DNA of 40,986 nucleotides from Myxococcota bacterium. Its GTDB lineage: Bacteria > Myxococcota_A > JAVEVO01. The DNA lies in NCBI GenBank assembly GCA_034005005.1, contig JAVEVO010000055.1:1-40986 (forward strand), given 5' to 3'. Of the stretch, positions 38,717 through 40,986 are shown in pieces (position 1 is the first letter of the stretch; every line of letters starts with the position of its first letter). Made by a program: the position numbers and the translations under genes. The notes beneath the pieces were generated by a model that was not told where the DNA came from, made no database searches, and saw nothing but the letters and a program-made list of their open reading frames with translations.

Positions 38717-40114
38717 ATGATCCGTCGCGGCCCAGCCCTGGTCCTGCTTCTCCTGCTCGGACCGGGTGGTTGCTCGCCAGCGGGGGATCCGCCGCCGGCC
38801 GCGTGCGTCCCGGACGCGGTCACGGCCGCGCGCTGCCCCGCCGAGCGCCCGGCGCCGCCCCGGCTGCCGGGCCAGCGACTCGAGCATTCCCTGGCCGAGT
38901 TCTGGCTCGCCCGCATCCCGGAGCCGTCCCGGCTGCTCCTCGACGAGGAGGGGATCGCCCGCCTCAACCGCCGGCTGACCCGGCTGCGCGACCGGGGGGA
39001 GCCGGTGGGGCGCTGGGATCTCGGCTCCCGGGTCCTCGCCGCGGGCGAGCCGGAGCAGCTCCTCGACCGCCGGCTCACCCGGCTGCGGGAGCGGGTCCAC
39101 CGGGAGGAGCGGGTCGGGGCGCAGGGCGCGCCGGGCCGGGCGGTGCTCGCCGAGATCGAGGCCAACCTCCTGGCCAGCCAGCCCGCAGACGAGCTCCGGG
39201 TGGCCACGACCTCGACCGCGATCCGCTGTCAGCCCTCGGCGGCACCCTTGCTGGAGGCTCCCGGGCAGGAGGCCTTCGACACCCTGCAGTGCTCCCTGCT
39301 CTCCTTCGGCGAGCCCGTGCGTGTCCTGCGTAAGTCTTCGGATTTCTGGCTGATCTTGACCGAGTACGTGCAGGGCTGGGTCTCGCCGGCGGCCCTGGGG
39401 CCGCCCCTGGCGCCGGCGGAGCTCGCGGCCTACCGTCAAGCTCCCCGCTTCCTGGTGATCACCCAGGACCGGGCGCCGGTGCTCGCTGCGCCAGGGGGCG
39501 AGCTGCTCGGGGTCGCCCGCCTCGGCCAGCGCCTGCCCCTGCTGGACGCCACGGCCGCGGGGTATGCGGTCCGCGCGCCACACGTCGGAGGGCTGGGGCC
39601 GGCCTGGATCCCCGCGGGCAGCGGCGCTCCCGGGTACCTGCCCCTGACCCGGGAGACGGTCTTCCGGCTCGCCTTCTCCCTGCTGCACAGTCCCTACGGC
39701 TGGGGCGGCGCGGGAGACGGCCGGGACTGCTCGGCCTTCCTGATGGACCTCTTCGCGGTCTGCGGCCTCGCGCTGCCCCGCAACTCCGCCCAGCAGGCCG
39801 AGGCCGGCAGCGAGCAGGTGGACCTCGCGGCTCAGCCCCTGGGCGGGCGGGTCGCGGCCATCGAGGCCGCGTCCCGGCGAGGTCTGGTCCTGCTCTACCT
39901 GCCGGGCCACATCATGCTGTACCTGGGGCGCGACGGGGACGACCTGTACGCCTTGCACCAGCTCTCCGGCTACCTCGTGCCCTGCCCTGGTGGTGGGGAG
40001 ACCAAGGTCCGGGTGAACCGGGTCGCGGTCACCCCCCTCACCCTCGGGCGGGGGACCTCCCAGGGGAGCCTGCTGGAGCGGCTCACGCGGCTGACGGTGC
40101 TGGGACCGCGCTAG
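38717..40114 (+). CDS. lipoprotein with C-terminal NlpC/P60 cysteine peptidase domain
   Basis: Lipobox LLLLGPGGCS. The C-terminal region YGWGGAGDGRDCSAFLMDLFAVCGLALPRNS ... GHIMLYLG supplies the catalytic Cys and His of NlpC/P60. The middle region may contain SH3b-like repeats. Confidence 0.75.
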   Translation: MIRRGPALVLLLLLGPGGCSPAGDPPPAACVPDAVTAARCPAERPAPPRLPGQRLEHSLAEFWLARIPEPSRLLLDEEGIARLNRRLTRLRDRGEPVGRWDLGSRVLAAGEPEQLLDRRLTRLRERVHREERVGAQGAPGRAVLAEIEANLLASQPADELRVATTSTAIRCQPSAAPLLEAPGQEAFDTLQCSLLSFGEPVRVLRKSSDFWLILTEYVQGWVSPAALGPPLAPAELAAYRQAPRFLVITQDRAPVLAAPGGELLGVARLGQRLPLLDATAAGYAVRAPHVGGLGPAWIPAGSGAPGYLPLTRETVFRLAFSLLHSPYGWGGAGDGRDCSAFLMDLFAVCGLALPRNSAQQAEAGSEQVDLAAQPLGGRVAAIEAASRRGLVLLYLPGHIMLYLGRDGDDLYALHQLSGYLVPCPGGGETKVRVNRVAVTPLTLGRGTSQGSLLERLTRLTVLGPR

Positions 40115-40436
40115 CGCGGCCGGGGTCCGGCGGGGCTCATCATTGATCGCATCCTTTGAGACACATTCTTTCGTCCTGCCAGGGCAAAACCGAATTGTGC
40201 TCCCTCGAACAAGCTGCGGCGCTCGACACTGCCGCGCATCAAAGTGATCCACCCCGGTGGGCCGTTGCGTTTCCGATGCCCGCCAAGCGCCGCGATGGCG
40301 TTGTTTGGCTGGAGGATGGTGGGATTGTTCGGGAGCTTCATCCAGTTCGCGGCCGCCATGTCGAGCACAGCCAGTTCCAGCTCGGAGAGCACCCAGCTCG
40401 CCGGGGTGTCGGGCTGCTCATCCGTCAAGTGGCGCA

Positions 40437-40528
40437 GCGTCACTCCGGCGGTTCGTGCGCAAAAGGCGATCGAACTGGCCGGTTGAAGCGTCACTCCGGC
40501 GGTTCGTGCGCAAAAGGCGATCGAACTG
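40437..40528. repeat. two identical 41-nt direct repeats (gcgtcactccggcggttcgtgcgcaaaaggcgatcgaactg) spaced with a 51-nt period
   Basis: Direct reading gives copies at about 40437-40477 and about 40488-40528. The region is non-coding and of lower GC. Confidence 0.85.
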
Positions 40529-40746
40529 ACCGATCAGGAGTCATCTGGGGCGTTGTCGCACTCGTCTCGGGACTCCACCGGTGGCGGGGTCCGTTCGACC
40601 ACCTCGCTGGCCCGACGCGACGATGCGCGATCCGCCGCCAGGATCGCGTCCCCGAGCTGAAAGGGCGATCGCCGAGATCTTCAGGATCATGAGCCAGTGG
40701 GACGGCTGAACGTCCTCGAGGACAGCTCTTCGTGGCATTGAGGGGC

Positions 40747-40986
40747 CATCAGTCGTCCAATCGTCATCGAATGCAACGCTCCGTTGCACTGGCGGGCGAT
40801 CAGTCGTCCAATCGTCATCGAATGCAACGCTCCGTTGCACTGAGGGGCGATCAGTCGTCCAATCGTCATCGAATGCAACGCTCCGTTGCACTGAGGGGCG
40901 ATCAGTCGTACAATCGTCATCGAATGCAACGCTCCGATGCACTGGCGGGCGATCAGTCGTCCAAACGTCATCGCATGCAACTCTCC
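40747..40986. repeat. 51-bp tandem repeat array, at least 4.7 copies, truncated by window end; each unit contains a 7-bp stem hairpin tgcaacg-ctc-cgttgca
   Basis: The unit gatcagtcgtccaatcgtcatcgaatgcaacgctccgttgcactg(a/g)(g/c)gggc repeats head to tail with 1-3 substitutions per copy. GC is about 53%. Confidence 0.9.

Noticed and set aside
40111-40692. ORFs 40111..40494 (-) and 40156..40692 (+) as genes or a transposase
   Set aside because: No recognisable transposase or other motifs, no ribosome-binding sites, low GC, and the two overlap on opposite strands. I left them uncalled and note possible gene-remnant status in the findings.
40541-40980. Protein-coding repeat genes (ORFs 40541..40942 - and 40687..40980 - with 17-aa repeats)
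   Set aside because: Both overlapping frames are open only because the 51-bp period is a multiple of 3. GC of about 53% and codon usage are unlike any real gene in the window. I kept this as a finding about the repeat rather than as a CDS.
40747-40986. CRISPR array
   Set aside because: The units are 51 bp and essentially identical across their whole length. There are no unique spacer segments between conserved repeats and no cas genes in view. This is a tandem repeat array, not repeat-spacer architecture.

Overview
This is a 40,986-bp window of about 72% GC DNA in which all six reading frames are open almost everywhere. The gene content (many eukaryotic-like Ser/Thr kinases, PEGA, TPR, FGE-sulfatase and DUF4384-type proteins, numerous lipoproteins) looks like a Myxococcota chromosome; that taxon is an inference. 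I called genes from amino-acid composition, recognisable motifs and start/stop geometry, and support 27 CDSs.

Left part (3674..10391, minus strand): a six-gene operon with start/stop-overlapping junctions. It encodes a CrtC/AttH-like hydratase, a GT2 glycosyltransferase, a B12-binding radical SAM enzyme, an integral membrane protein, an HHxxxDG condensation-type acyltransferase and a SAM methyltransferase. A GT-C-type membrane glycosyltransferase is transcribed divergently from it. I read this as a putative terpenoid/carotenoid glycoside-ester tailoring cassette.

Middle (13952..25718): a TraR/DksA zinc-finger gene and three Ser/Thr kinases (two with N-terminal zinc ribbons, one with a C-terminal PEGA domain), a TPR/PEGA protein, a formylglycine-generating-enzyme (FGE) domain lipoprotein carrying eight DLGPD tandem repeats, and a Cys-rich lipoprotein with a beta/gamma-crystallin-like C-terminus.

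Right part, the most interesting region: a 976-aa bacterial homologue of the eukaryotic major vault protein (MVP), 31269..34199 on the minus strand, with repeat, shoulder, cap-helix and cap-ring regions, a roughly 120-aa Pro-rich insertion and a poly-(Asp/Glu) tail. Directly downstream on the same strand are an orphan CpaF/TadA-type secretion ATPase, a 1123-aa protein with a signal peptide, a periplasmic coiled coil, multiple TM helices and a P-loop NTPase domain, and an MscS channel-core gene. I propose these as a candidate bacterial vault locus with membrane and ATPase partners.

Divergently upstream lie an orphan HMG-CoA synthase, a thrombospondin-type-3 (TSP3) Ca-binding Cys-rich lipoprotein translationally coupled to a radical SAM/SPASM maturase, panD, and an NlpC/P60 lipoprotein. 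The 3' end (40115..40986) drops to about 50-55% GC and contains two 51-bp-period repeat families, including at least 4.7 tandem 51-bp units running off the window edge.

No rRNA, tRNA or CRISPR array was recognised. Coordinates I derived by hand (alternative starts, repeats, promoters) may be off by 1-2 nt; those taken from the ORF track are exact.
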